From the NCBI GenBank assembly GCA_002104945.1, contig MCFH01000042.1, forward strand, positions 310,001 through 374,000: a stretch of DNA of 64,000 nucleotides. The letters are read 5' to 3'. The notes beneath the pieces were generated by a model, which did not search any database, was not told where the DNA came from, and worked only from the letters and a program-made list of their open reading frames with translations. Of the stretch, positions 27,946 to 40,738 are shown piece after piece (position 1 is the first letter of the stretch; each line of letters begins with the position of its first letter). Source of the stretch: Piromyces finnis finn. Lineage: Eukaryota; Fungi; Neocallimastigomycota. Position numbers and translations under genes: made by a program.

Positions 27946-29730
27946 GAATATAATACTTTATTATTCTTCTAATTATTAATAAATATTATTTTTTAATTAA
28001 TTTATATTATATAATTTAATTATGCTAAATTTTGATGATTACTATTGTCATTTATTAATATATTTAATAATTATTTTTTTCTTATTTTTTATTATAAACT
28101 ATTTTATATAAAGTCTTTCTTTTTTTCTACTATTTTATTTTATTATACGCTCTTATTTTACTTTCATATTGAACTCTTTCTCATTACACATTAAAGTTAT
28201 TATTACTTTTATTACTAAAACTTTTTTTTTTTTTTAAATATTCCACATCAATAATTTTCCTTAAAAGGAATTCATCAAATTTATTAGAAATTAAACTTTT
28301 AAAGAATATTCTATAATTCCTACATTAAAATTCAACCAAAAAATTAAAAAGTAGACAAAATTAAAAGAAAAAAGTAAAAAAAAATATGAAATATGAAATA
28401 TTATAAGGACATAGGACATTATTATGTCTAATACAATTTCTACAATTCATATATAATAGGATACAAGGTTAAAAATAAAGGTTTATCTTTTTTATTTATA
28501 TGAATAGTTGAATTTTATAATTAGTTATTATTAAATTTAATATAAAACATAATTTAAAAAAAAAAAAGAGATGTTGAACAGTTTTTTATAATAAAAAAAT
28601 CTTATGGCTTCTTATGATTTTTATAAAAATTAATATTATTTGTAGTGTGTATCCTATTATGAAAATTAAATCAATTTAATAATAATAGATGTATTAATAC
28701 TTTTAAATAGGTTACAATACTTTTACTATAATAAGATATCTATTACTATTAAATTGATTTCATTTTCATAATAATTAAAATAAAACCTTCCGTTCAAATT
28801 AATTTTCTTATTTTTTAATATAGATTTATAAATTTATAAAAAATAATACTTTAAAATATTAAATAGTAAAACTTACAGAAACCGATTTTAATATAAATTA
28901 ATGGGTTATCATAAATACACAAATAATTATAAATTTGATAAATACATTAAATAAACAACTATTTTTGTAATCTTATGACCCTTTTTTTTTTTTACCTCTA
29001 TAAATGTAATATGAATTAATTTTTATAGTTAATACCTCATGATATTATATTAAATGATAAAGGTAATGTATATTAAAAGATACTGTAATTATACTATTGA
29101 TGGATTATTTATAGATTCAAACGTTAAGATGATCTTTTATAATAAATTCATAGGCATGACTGTAATACAAAAATTTTAAATTATTTTGCTTCAATGGCAA
29201 CATTTTCCTTTTAATTAATTATCCATCATATGATAAAGTTTTTATAGAATTAAATCGTTTAATTTTATTTATCTTGGAGATAAATATAAATTTTAATTAA
29301 AATTACCATAAAAGTTTATTTTTATTAAATTTTATTTCTTTAAGAAAAAAAAAAAAACTTTAAAAGATCACTCTATTACTACTTTAAAATAATTAATAAA
29401 TAATATAATTAGATATATTTTATTGGGCTATTATAAAAATAAATAATAATTTAACATCATAATGATTTAATTATATTTTTTTTTAAAAAATATTCAGTAA
29501 AGAAAGAAAGGGTTAATATATATTTTTTTATTATTTCGAGTATAGAGAAAATGAGAAAATATCAATTCTGTTGCTATATAATAAAATTTATAAAAGAAAA
29601 CTATAATTTGGAAATAGATTTATTATATATATTATTATTATATATTTTATTATATATTATAAGGATTATAAGGTATATATTTTAAAATTGTAAATGAAAG
29701 ATGATTCTAAATAACAGAATTAATTAAAAA

Positions 29731-29762
<32 letters not shown>

Positions 29763-31363
29763 TAATTATAGAATTAAATGGCTTTGATATATAAAACTAT
29801 ATTAACTTACCATTAAACCATTATTCCTCATAAATTAGAATTTTATTAATAGTTCAAATTATAATTTTCAAATAATATTTATATTTCTTACATGCGATAA
29901 ATTTTAATTTTATTTTTTTTTTCAATTTTAAATTTCATTAATATATTCTATAAATATAAAAATAGCATATGACAGATGACTTAATAAATTAATTCACCAT
30001 AGTCTACTTCCTACTATTTATTAAAACTTTGATTAAAATACTTAACTATTTATCATTGTCATTATTTTACTAAAAATAATTCTAAAATCTAAAGTGAATA
30101 TATTGTATATATGCAAAAAAAAAAAATAATAATAATAACCATAGTCCTAAAATCTAAAGTGAATATATTGTATATATGCAAAAAAAAAATAATAACCATA
30201 ATCATTAATATTTTTTTATACCAAATTATAGAGTTTAAAGAATGACTTTTTTTTTTTAATCATAAATTATTTAAAGGTTGTCTATTTTTTTTATCTATTA
30301 TTTAATTTTGTTTATTAAATTTAATGTGTTAAAATATGAATTGGTAATTCTAAGAAAAAAAGGAAGCTTTTTTTATATCAATCTTTATCCATTATATATA
30401 ATGTGAAATTTAATTTATAAAGTCTTTATATAATAATAAATAGGTTGGGATTTATCAAATTTCATTTAAAGTTTTTCTTTCTTTAAATAGTACTATTTAT
30501 ATATATGAGTGTATACAACTAGCGAAAATTAAATTTCCTTAAATTGTAAGTAGTAACTTTAATTTTTAGTTTTTTTAAATAAAGAAATTATGTATTTATA
30601 TATCTTATTTTAAGATAATAAATCTACTATCATAAATAATTTTTATTTCTTAAATGACTGAGGTTAGGGTAGTTGTATAGTTATAGGAATATTTTAAATA
30701 TTTCTGTCTTTTTAATCTTTTCTATTATCCTAAAATAACTTTATTCAACTCTTTCTTCTACCATAAATTGAGTATATGATGTATATTATCTTAATATTCT
30801 ATACTATAGAATAATTATTTTAAAATAGAGAAGCTTTTTAAAGTAAAAAATAAAAATTTAATATATTATTTAATCTACTTGTTCTATATATTAAATTTTA
30901 TTATTTGGAAACTTTAAAAGTTTATATTTTTTATAGTAACAATAAGGTTGAATTTAAATAAACTTTTTTTTGACAAAAGAAAGAAAATAAAATAAAAAAA
31001 AAGACCCATTCATTTATTTTTTTGTTCTTTTATCTATTCATAATAGGTTTATAAATCTATACTGTTTATAGTTTCCAATTTCACTTATAGAGTAAAGTAT
31101 AATAGAATATTGTATGAGCAAAACTAGGATATATAATAAAAATGAATTAAATTATAAAAACTTTAAACTATATATAAAAGAAATAAAAAGATCATTAATA
31201 CTAATTATTCTGTACCATTCTTTCCTATAGAATTAGTAATTAATAAAGAATAATAGAAATTAAAAGTAATAAAATAGAATAGTTATTATACTCAATATTA
31301 ATAATAAATATAATAATAATAAAAGGTTTTATAATATTGTAATGAATAATATAAGATATCCAT

Positions 31364-31760
<397 letters not shown>

Positions 31761-32009
31761 TATTAATAATAAAGAATAATAATAATAATGTTAAATATAA
31801 ATAGTAATACTACAATAGTATTAATAGGATTATAAGCTGCATATTAGGAATTAAATTTAATATATTCCTATTATTATTTATCAATAGAAAATCCTATTAA
31901 TTATTCATTAATTATTCATTAATTATTATTTCTTCTATTCCTATAATTATTTCCATTCTTTATTATTTTAATTTCTCTTTAATCTCTTACTTTCTGCCTT
32001 ATTGATTAT

Positions 32010-32112
32010 GCCCTTCCTTCCTTTCCTTCTGCCTCTCTTTTAAAACTTATGCCTTACCTTCTGCCTCTCTTTTAAAACTTATGCCTTACCTTCTGCCCTC
32101 TCTTTTAAAACT
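32010..32112. repeat. ~32-bp tandem repeat (CCTTCTGCCTCTCTTTTAAAACTTATGCCTTA) x~3, possible TE remnant
   Basis: Three near-identical units, purine-rich on the minus strand. TE origin is inference only. Confidence 0.7.
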
Positions 32113-33412
32113 AAAAGTAATACTATTAATAATATATTAAAATGAAATAAAATATAATATTATATTAAATACAATATATATTATTAATATATTTTCTATT
32201 AAAATAAATATATTTTAATTTATTTACATTACTATCAATAATAATTATTCTTTCAAAAGTATATATAAAATAATATATTACTAATATCAAAATATATAAA
32301 CAATTATAATAAATAGGCCTACTAACAATATATTATTAATATATACTTTAATAGAGTATATACTATTATAAAACTGTCTTTTAGAATAACAACTCTAAAT
32401 ATTAATAATATAATATAATATATGTATATTATTATATTTAATTTATTTCCATTTAAATAGTGTTAAATAAATAACCAATTTTTAATCTAAAATATATTAA
32501 ATATATTATTAATATTTAATATTTATTTAATTTCTATTGAAAGATTTATTTATTAATATATTATGATTCTATTGTGAATATATAATGATTTTTATATTAA
32601 CTCTATTAATAAATACAAACCTTATTATTTATAATTAATAAAAATAATTATTTAATATTTTTATAATTTTATAAAATAAAAAAATATCCTTTTTTTTTTT
32701 TTTATAAAGGAAAAGACCTTTTTTTCAAATATTTTTAATTTCATCATAATCTAATAGCAACCTCTTGAATAATAAAGCAATAAACTTTTAATAAATAAAA
32801 AAAAAAAAGAACAGAGAAAGAGACAAGTAAACAGAAAAGAAAAATAGTTTTAAAAACGTAAATATTATAAAAAAAAAAGAACTAAGTATAACGTTAAAGT
32901 AATAACATAAAATATAACATCAAATGATATGCAATAAAAATAAATGATGATATAAAAAACTATAAAAAAAAGACATAGAAATTAAATATTATCTCGTGTA
33001 TTAAAAAAAAAAAAAGGACAAGAATAATATAAAAGTTAAAAGAGTTAAACTAACAATTTATATTAGTAGTGATAATAGTAAAATAATACAATAAATTACC
33101 ATTCAACCATTTAACATCTTACTAAAATAGATAATAATAAAAACTAGATAAAAAAATAAATAATATAGGCTAAAAATATATATATTAAAGAAGAAAAAAA
33201 AAAATTAAAAATATAAATATTAAAAAAGTAACAAATATAAAAAAATATAATAATAATAATAATATATACTTTTAACCTATAATACAAAAATATATATATT
33301 AATCATAATTATAATTAATTTATTATAATAAAAATCAAATTAAAATAGATTTTTATAAATATTTTAATAATATTTTTAAATACCTTCATTAATAAATAAA
33401 AAAAATATTTTA

Positions 33413-34731
33413 ATGCTTCAGAATATGCAATTTCAACCAACGAACCCCCAATCAGAAAATAAGGTTCCTTCACAAATAACAATGTTTTTATCAGCTCAAC
33501 AGAACCAACAACAAGCAGTTCCAACTGTGGCTGCTTCTCATAACCATTTAACTAATCCTGGTAATAACCAATTTATTCAAAACCAGCAACAATCTGTTTT
33601 AATTAACCCAACCACATATCATCTTCAACACTCTATACCAAAACCATTCAATATACCACAACCAAAAACTGCTTCAATTCCTTCACAAAACTTTTTCAAT
33701 ACTGGGTAAGTAAAAACTGTATAAATATTAAAAATTTATATTATTCTTGGTATATATGACTAAATAAATATATTAATATTATATAGCTCTTTTAATAGCT
33801 CACTTTATCCTACACCTTCTTCTAATATCTCTCACATAAAACCAGAAATGGATGATACTTTCGCTAACATGCAAACAGATATGGACTTTAATATAAATGA
33901 CACTTTAAATATGATGTCACCAAATCCAGCTTCACCATTAGAAATATCACCACCAGATTTTGATGGCCTTGATGAACTTAACAAAAGAAATTCAAATTCA
34001 ATGGCTAATTCTCCATATGGTACTTCTCCATTAGTCATATCTCAACCAGTAAATATTGTAGGTAGTAATCATTACCACAATATTGGAGAAGAAACAGTCT
34101 TTGAAACTATTCCTCAAATAAATTCCTTCACTGGTACAACACCTGCTATTAATGTTAAGAGTAGTGTACCAACTCATTTAACCCAAGGATTAAATAATGG
34201 ATTGTATAGTATGTCTATGCCAGTTAATGGTACTAATGCTAATTCTTTCTTTAATCAACCAAATTCTTATGGAAGTTACACCGGTGATATTACATTAAAG
34301 AGTGGAAGCTTGGATTTCTTGGAAGAACTTGATGGTAACTCTAAACAGTAAGTTATTCTGTTTTTTTTAATAGTATTTTACTATAATAAGTAAATATTAA
34401 TTCTTTTTTTTTTTTTTTTTTTTTTTTGAATGTTAATAAAAATAGGTTAGAAATATTAAATGAAAAACGTAGAAGAAGAAGAGAGTCTCATAATGCTGTC
34501 GAAAGACGTAGACGTGATAATATTAACGAGAAAATTCATGAATTATCTACTTTAATTCCAGAACATATATTGAATCCAAATAATGGTGAAGGGCCTGTTG
34601 GTAAACCAAACAAAGGTATAATTTTAAGAAAGAGTGTTGAATACATCAAACATTTACAAGCTTTAGTTGAAAAGCAAGAAGCTAAAAACAAAGAACTCGA
34701 AGAGGAATTAGAAAAACTTAAGCAAAAGTAA
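33413..34731 (+). CDS. bHLH-ZIP transcription factor, MiT/TFE/Rtg3-like (exons 33413-33705, 33787-34347, 34446-34731)
   Basis: EKRRRRRESHNAVERRRRDNINEKIHELSTLIP...PNKGIILRKSVEYIKHLQ followed by a leucine-zipper-like tail; both introns are GTAAGT...TAG and phase-consistent. Confidence 0.9.
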
Positions 34732-35809
34732 CTCTAAAGAATTACCACAAAAAAAACCCTCAAAAAATACAAATCATTTATTTTATTTTTTTTTTTTTAT
34801 AAAAAAAAGAATGAAATAAATGATTTTATAAATTTTGTTTATTTTGTTTATTCGTTTTTATTATATATATTGTTTATTATGTTAAATTTAATATTTTACA
34901 GCATATAACTATACAATTCCTCTTTTAGTATTTTTGATTTATTCAATAAATCATGCTGTATTTTTTCGCTTTTCGCTTTTCATTATTTGTATTAATATAT
35001 TCGTCAATATATTAACATTTTATCAGTTTTTAAGTTTTTGAAATATTAATTCGTCAAAAAAGTGTTATTGTTCAACATCGATTTACTTGCAATAATAATA
35101 CAGAATATTTAATTATTTTAACATCATTTTTTCAACAACAGCAACAACTAAAACCAAACAACAAAAATGATAATGTTAACTAATTTTTTTAATTTTGAAA
35201 ATTATCATTTCAAAATATAAATACATGATTTTTTATACAAGAATCAAAAGATATATCTTATTCTTTATTATTTAATTACGTTCAATTGTTATCTCAATTT
35301 TTCATTTTACGATTATAATCTTTTTATATATAATCTATACAGAATATATATATATTATTCAATTTAAAAAAAACTATTTTTTTTTTTTTACATTTTTCAT
35401 TATTTTGTTTTATTTCTATTTTTAATACTATTTTATTAAATATAAGTCAAAAAAAAAAAAAAACGTTAAACATTATTAGCAGTAAAATAACAACAACGAA
35501 AAAGTTTTGAAAAAAACTTTTTTTTTTTTAAAAAAAAATGTAGAGTTACTATTTCATATTATATTATTAATATAAATATATATAATAAATATGTATAATT
35601 TATAATATATCTTTTAATATAAAAGAAATATCATGTATTAAACATTAAAATATTTAATATAAAACAATAAAAAAAATTAATAAAAATAATAACAATATAT
35701 AATTAAGTGGTTGCCAAATATTTTTTTTTAAAAAAAAAGGAAAGAAAAAGAAATTCCTTCATCATTGTATTACTATATAAAATATATATATTTTATATTT
35801 TAAAAAAAT

Positions 35810-35933
35810 AATGGATTTTGTAAGGATTTAGCCAGAATTTCTGGCTAGAAGAAATTTGACATCTGGTAAAATTTTAACTAGGAAAAAATCCAAAAAGCCA
35901 GAATTTCTAGGCAAAAAATCTACGAGAATACTC
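35810..35933. mobile_element. Possible solo terminal repeat of a DNA transposon
   Basis: Palindrome TAGCCAGAA-T-TTCTGGCTA (35829-35847), second AGCCAGAATTTCT copy (35896-35908), and a minus-strand end GAGTATTCTCGTAG resembling Mutator-type G-starting termini. Confidence 0.3.
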
Positions 35934-36079
35934 AATATATATATATAAATAGAAATATTAGTAGTAGTAGAAATAATAATATTAGCAATAGTGATGATAA
36001 TAATTCTAATTTAGATAGTAATTTAGTTAATGATAGTAATAGTTCTAATAATCCGGTGAATATTAATGTGTATGATTAT

Positions 36080-36427
36080 TCTAGTGTGTGCAGTAAAATA
36101 TTTAAATTCCTTCTTGGGAGAAGAAGTTTTAACAATATCAATTACAATTCAAGGGAATGGAAAGAACTTTGCAAGTGTCAGATTCAATCTGGCACTAGCG
36201 AAGGAACACCATTCCTGACGGTAACCGCGGAACTTCTAACCAAAATCATGCCTTTTGCTATTGGCCAGCAATGGTCAATGTTCAAAAGGTTTGAAGCAAC
36301 ATCCAAGAGCGTCAATGCTGAAGAAACAGTAAGACAGGCCAGGAGGGCCAGCGCAACCAATGGAGATCATAATTTTGTCCCATGATAAAATTTTTGATCT
36401 TTGGCTCGATGTCCCATTGGAAGTCAA
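36080..36427 (+). mobile_element. Remnant of a non-LTR retroelement 3' end (LINE-like or SINE-related)
   Basis: GC-richer island; 36307-36350 is 39/44 identical to the SINE-like element tail (44040-44083, opposite strand); both end in GGAAGT(C/T)AAA; NSREWKELCK resembles the R..W+.L motif at RTE-type ORF2 C-termini. Confidence 0.5.
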
Positions 36428-36942
36428 ATACAATTATTATACCTTAGTAATAATAGTGGCTTTCTTACTTTACTTAAAATTACTAGAATACATTATACCC
36501 AATTTTTATTCATTTGTGTTTATTTAAACCTTTTTTTTTTATTTTTATTTCTATTTTTAATTTTTTTTTATTACATGTATTATAATTTTAATTAAATTAA
36601 TAATAAAGTTTAAAATATTTGATGCCGTTAAAAAAAAAAAAAAATAGAAATAAATTTTTAAATATTGCATTACAAAAAAAAAAAAAAAAGACAAATTAAT
36701 AGTACCAAGTAGAACTAATACTGATAACAATTTTATATTTTTGTTTCAATTTTGATTTTGGTTTATTACTTTTATATAATGTATGTATAATTTCTTAAAA
36801 TTTATTTAAATGTTTAAATATTCTTTACAAATGAAATTAGTAATTAATAATATTAACTATGTAATCTTTATCATTTTTTTATTGTAAATTTAAAATTATA
36901 GATAGTTTAAAATTATAATTATTAGTTTTTTTTCTTTTGTTA

Positions 36943-37013
<71 letters not shown>

Positions 37014-37158
37014 GATGTTATATTTACATAAAATAAAATAAAATAAAAGAAAAGAATTATTCTTTTTAAATTTAAATGAAAATGTATTTATCTTATAATA
37101 TTTTTTTTATCTTTTAAAAGATAGGTTTGCCTTATAGCTATCTTCTATATAATAAATT

Positions 37159-39852
37159 CTATTTTACAGATGTTGTGTAATGACAACTTACTACTTTATT
37201 TTTAATTTTTGATGAGTCAAATGTTTTTGTTTGAAAAGTATCTGAACCTTGATTTTCTATTTCGGAATTTGAAGTTACAATTGATGAATTCATTACAAAT
37301 TTAAAAGAGTTACTATTATTATTTTTGAAAAAATCATGAGATAATCTATCAATATCACTCATTTTTCCAAATCTACTAAATATTTTATATTTTATAGTTC
37401 TTATATAAAACATGAAGAAATGACTTGAAATAATGTAGATGATAGTGACATAGATTTGAATCAAATAAAAAACTTCAAATCTTGAAGTTTCAAAAAAATT
37501 AATAATCAATAAAACTATTAAAGAAGGGAAACTTGCTGACATCATTATGGATAAATCTCTAATTTCATGGTATGAATCATTAATGTTCCACTCCAAAAAT
37601 ATTAATATAATAATATAAAGGTATATTAAGGAATGGAAAATGATTTTTATGATTATTAGTAAAAGTGAAAATGTATTTTTATGTTGACAGGAATAGTGAT
37701 TATTTTCATTATCATAAATGTGTTCGGCCAGTAAATAGGGTGAAGCAAGATATAATAAATTATAGAGTATTTCTGCAAAAAAAATTGAAAACATAAATAG
37801 TAATCTATGTTTTTTCACCCATTTCGTAAAAGTATTCCCAATTGGATAATTAGTGATCAGTTTTTGTAAGAATGGAACGTAAACCAAGGCATATCCATTT
37901 GAAAATAAAATAATTTTGAGATTACACTTTAATAATGATAATTCTCCCATGCTTAAAGCTGTTGATGCTATTATCAATAGGAAACCAACAATATGAAGAA
38001 TCCATGACTCTATACTTAAAAATCTGAAATATCTTTTTAATAATGGAATGAAAAGTAATATTGTTGAAAATATTACTAAAAAGAAGGTTATTATTAAACT
38101 AATAAAAGCAACTAGTCCATAGTCTGAATGCATTGTGAAATAATGAATTCTTGTCAGATTGTCAATACTATTTAAAATGTCTTTTACAGGTCGTTTATTA
38201 AAAAAAAATTCATAAACATAATTGACTACTTTGGAAGAGTAACTATCATAATCATCAACTAATGAACTTGGTCTTGGAATACTTTGAATTTTTTTTGCTA
38301 ATTCACAATCTAATATTGAACAGATTTCTTCATCAACGTACAAACTTTTCATAGCCGTATAACAATTGAATATTTTTACAAAAAAGTTTTTTTGAACATA
38401 GGCTGAGGCAAAATATTTTACTACTTCTATGGAAGCTTCTAAATTTTTTTCAGGAATAAATTTAGCTATACCAATGTTATAACCGGTAAGACAGGATCCA
38501 TGAATTCCTTTTATTTCTCCAGGCATTTCAGACATAGTATAACCAGGTAACCCGATAATATCAAAATATGATGAAAATACTGAATTTCCTGATATCATGT
38601 ACATAATTGCATAGTTTTCATCCATTGTAAATAAATCGGCTAATCCAAAAAAAAAAAAAGGTTTTTATTATATAAAGTTGAATAAAAAGGAGTATATATA
38701 TTTTCATATTAATATATAAATATACTTATATTTATAATATGTATATTTTTTTAAAAAAATATGATTTATTATTTTTACTTGATGATGTTTCATTTTTTAT
38801 TTTATCCAATTTATTCATTGCGTCAAGTGCTATTTTACTGTTAAATTCAGGTATTGGTGAATCTTTTGTTTCTCTAAAAGAGTATAAATATTCATAAAGT
38901 GAACACATTGTTATATCATTTTCTATTATTTTATTATTTATTTTATTAAATAAATAAAAATAATTATTAACATCAACATATTAAAAAAAAAAGAAAAAAA
39001 AGATGTATTATTTTTGAAATATTTACTTGGAAATAAATTACTAAATCCAATAAGATCATTATTATTAGTTGCTCGTTCTCCTTCTAAAACAATTTTTGTT
39101 GTTTCTACTAATTCATCCCATGTTTCTGGTATTGTCCTATTATATTTATTCAATAGGTTTATATTTGAATATAAAAGTTTGTATTTCACATAAACTGGCT
39201 ATATTTTTTTTTATTATTTTATTATTATTTATTAATTTATTTATTAATTATAAATAATTATTATTAATTAGTATTAATTTTTTTATTATCTATAATTCCA
39301 TACTAATCCAACACACTGATCCTTGTAGTAGCCTGAGTTTATTGTTTCATCTGACGAATATGAATCAATAATTTCTTTTGGTAAATATTTTTTTAAATCA
39401 ATAAAGTAAGGAGCATAACGTCTTGTAAATAATGGATCATAGATAAATACATCATATTTATGTGACTTTTTATTGAGAAGTGTATCTATGGTTGACGAAT
39501 AAAAATCTTTTCCAATAGTTGAATTTTGTTCTGTAAATAAATTTAATTTTAATTTAATATCCAAGTTATTTTCTTTAACATATCTATTGTTGAAATCATT
39601 GATTATCAACTGATATAATTCAGAGTATGAAAAAAAAGATTGTACCACGATATTAATGGTAATTGCCTTTGTTAAGGCTATAGTATATTATATTAATTAT
39701 TTAAAAAATATATATAGATAAATATTTATTTTAATACTATTACTTTTTTTTTTTCAAATTATATTCTATCATTCTTTTTTATTATTTTAATTATAAATAT
39801 AATGACTATTACCAATAAAACAAAGCAATAGAAAGATAATATTATAATACAT
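37159..39852 (-). CDS. Solute-binding protein (periplasmic binding fold II, sugar SBP-like) fused to class C-like 7TM GPCR, copy 1 (5 exons)
   Basis: Signal exon MYYNIIFLLLCFI; SBP motifs KYDVFIYD, LYSNINLLNKY...IPETWDEL, GYNIGI; seven hydrophobic helices with the TM3 Cys and ECL2 Cys (YSC). Confidence 0.85.
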
Positions 39853-40478
39853 TATAATATTATAAATAATAATAAAAGTAACAATAATAATAATAATAAT
39901 AATTTATAAATATACAGGAAAAATAAAATAAAAAAAAAAATAAAAATTAAAATTTTTAAATTATTTAAAAAAGTAGGGGAAAAAATACTTTTTAATAATT
40001 ATAATGTTTATTATTATGATATAGGATATAATAATAATAATAATAATAATAATTAAAATTATTTAAAATCATATAAATAGGCCTTTTCAAAATCTTATCA
40101 CTAAAGTTAAAAAAATTGAAAAGTTTTTTAATTTGTATATTTGTCTTATTAAAAAAGAATATACTTTATTAATAAAAATAATCTTTTAAATATATAAAGA
40201 TAATTTTTTTTTGTCTATATAATTAAATGTTTAATAATAATAATATTATTTATTATTTTTAATGTTTTTTTTTTTATTTTTATGTTGAAAAGTGTACTAT
40301 ACTATATATGATGGTTTTACGATAATATATAAATATATAATATTACATAATAATTACAAAGAGAATTAATGCTTTATTGAGAAAAAAAAAAAAAAAAGAT
40401 TATAAAATAATATTTTTATTAAAGTATATATATTCAATTATTTCTTGTACTTTTTATTTATAATGAAAGAATATTGAT

Positions 40479-40550
40479 GATTTAGTAAAGGTTCTTATTT
40501 TTGGAGGGGGTAGATTTCGAACCCTCTAAAAATGGGATCTTTATTAAATC
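40479..40550. repeat. ~70-nt imperfect inverted repeat / hairpin
   Basis: GATTTAGTAAAG..TTTTTGGAGGG / CCCTCTAAAAA..CTTTATTAAATC; most mismatches are G-U compatible on the plus strand. Confidence 0.65.
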
Positions 40551-40738
40551 TATTTAGATTTTTCTATTATTTAATAGTTGTAAAAAATTTTTTTTTAGTT
40601 TCCTTTTTTTAAAAAAATTAAAATAAGGCATTCATTATAATATTTTTATAATGATTAAAGAAAATTGAAAATATATTTTTTTTTCTTCCTCTATATTTTT
40701 TTTTTATGTTTTATAATAATATGATTTTGATATATATA

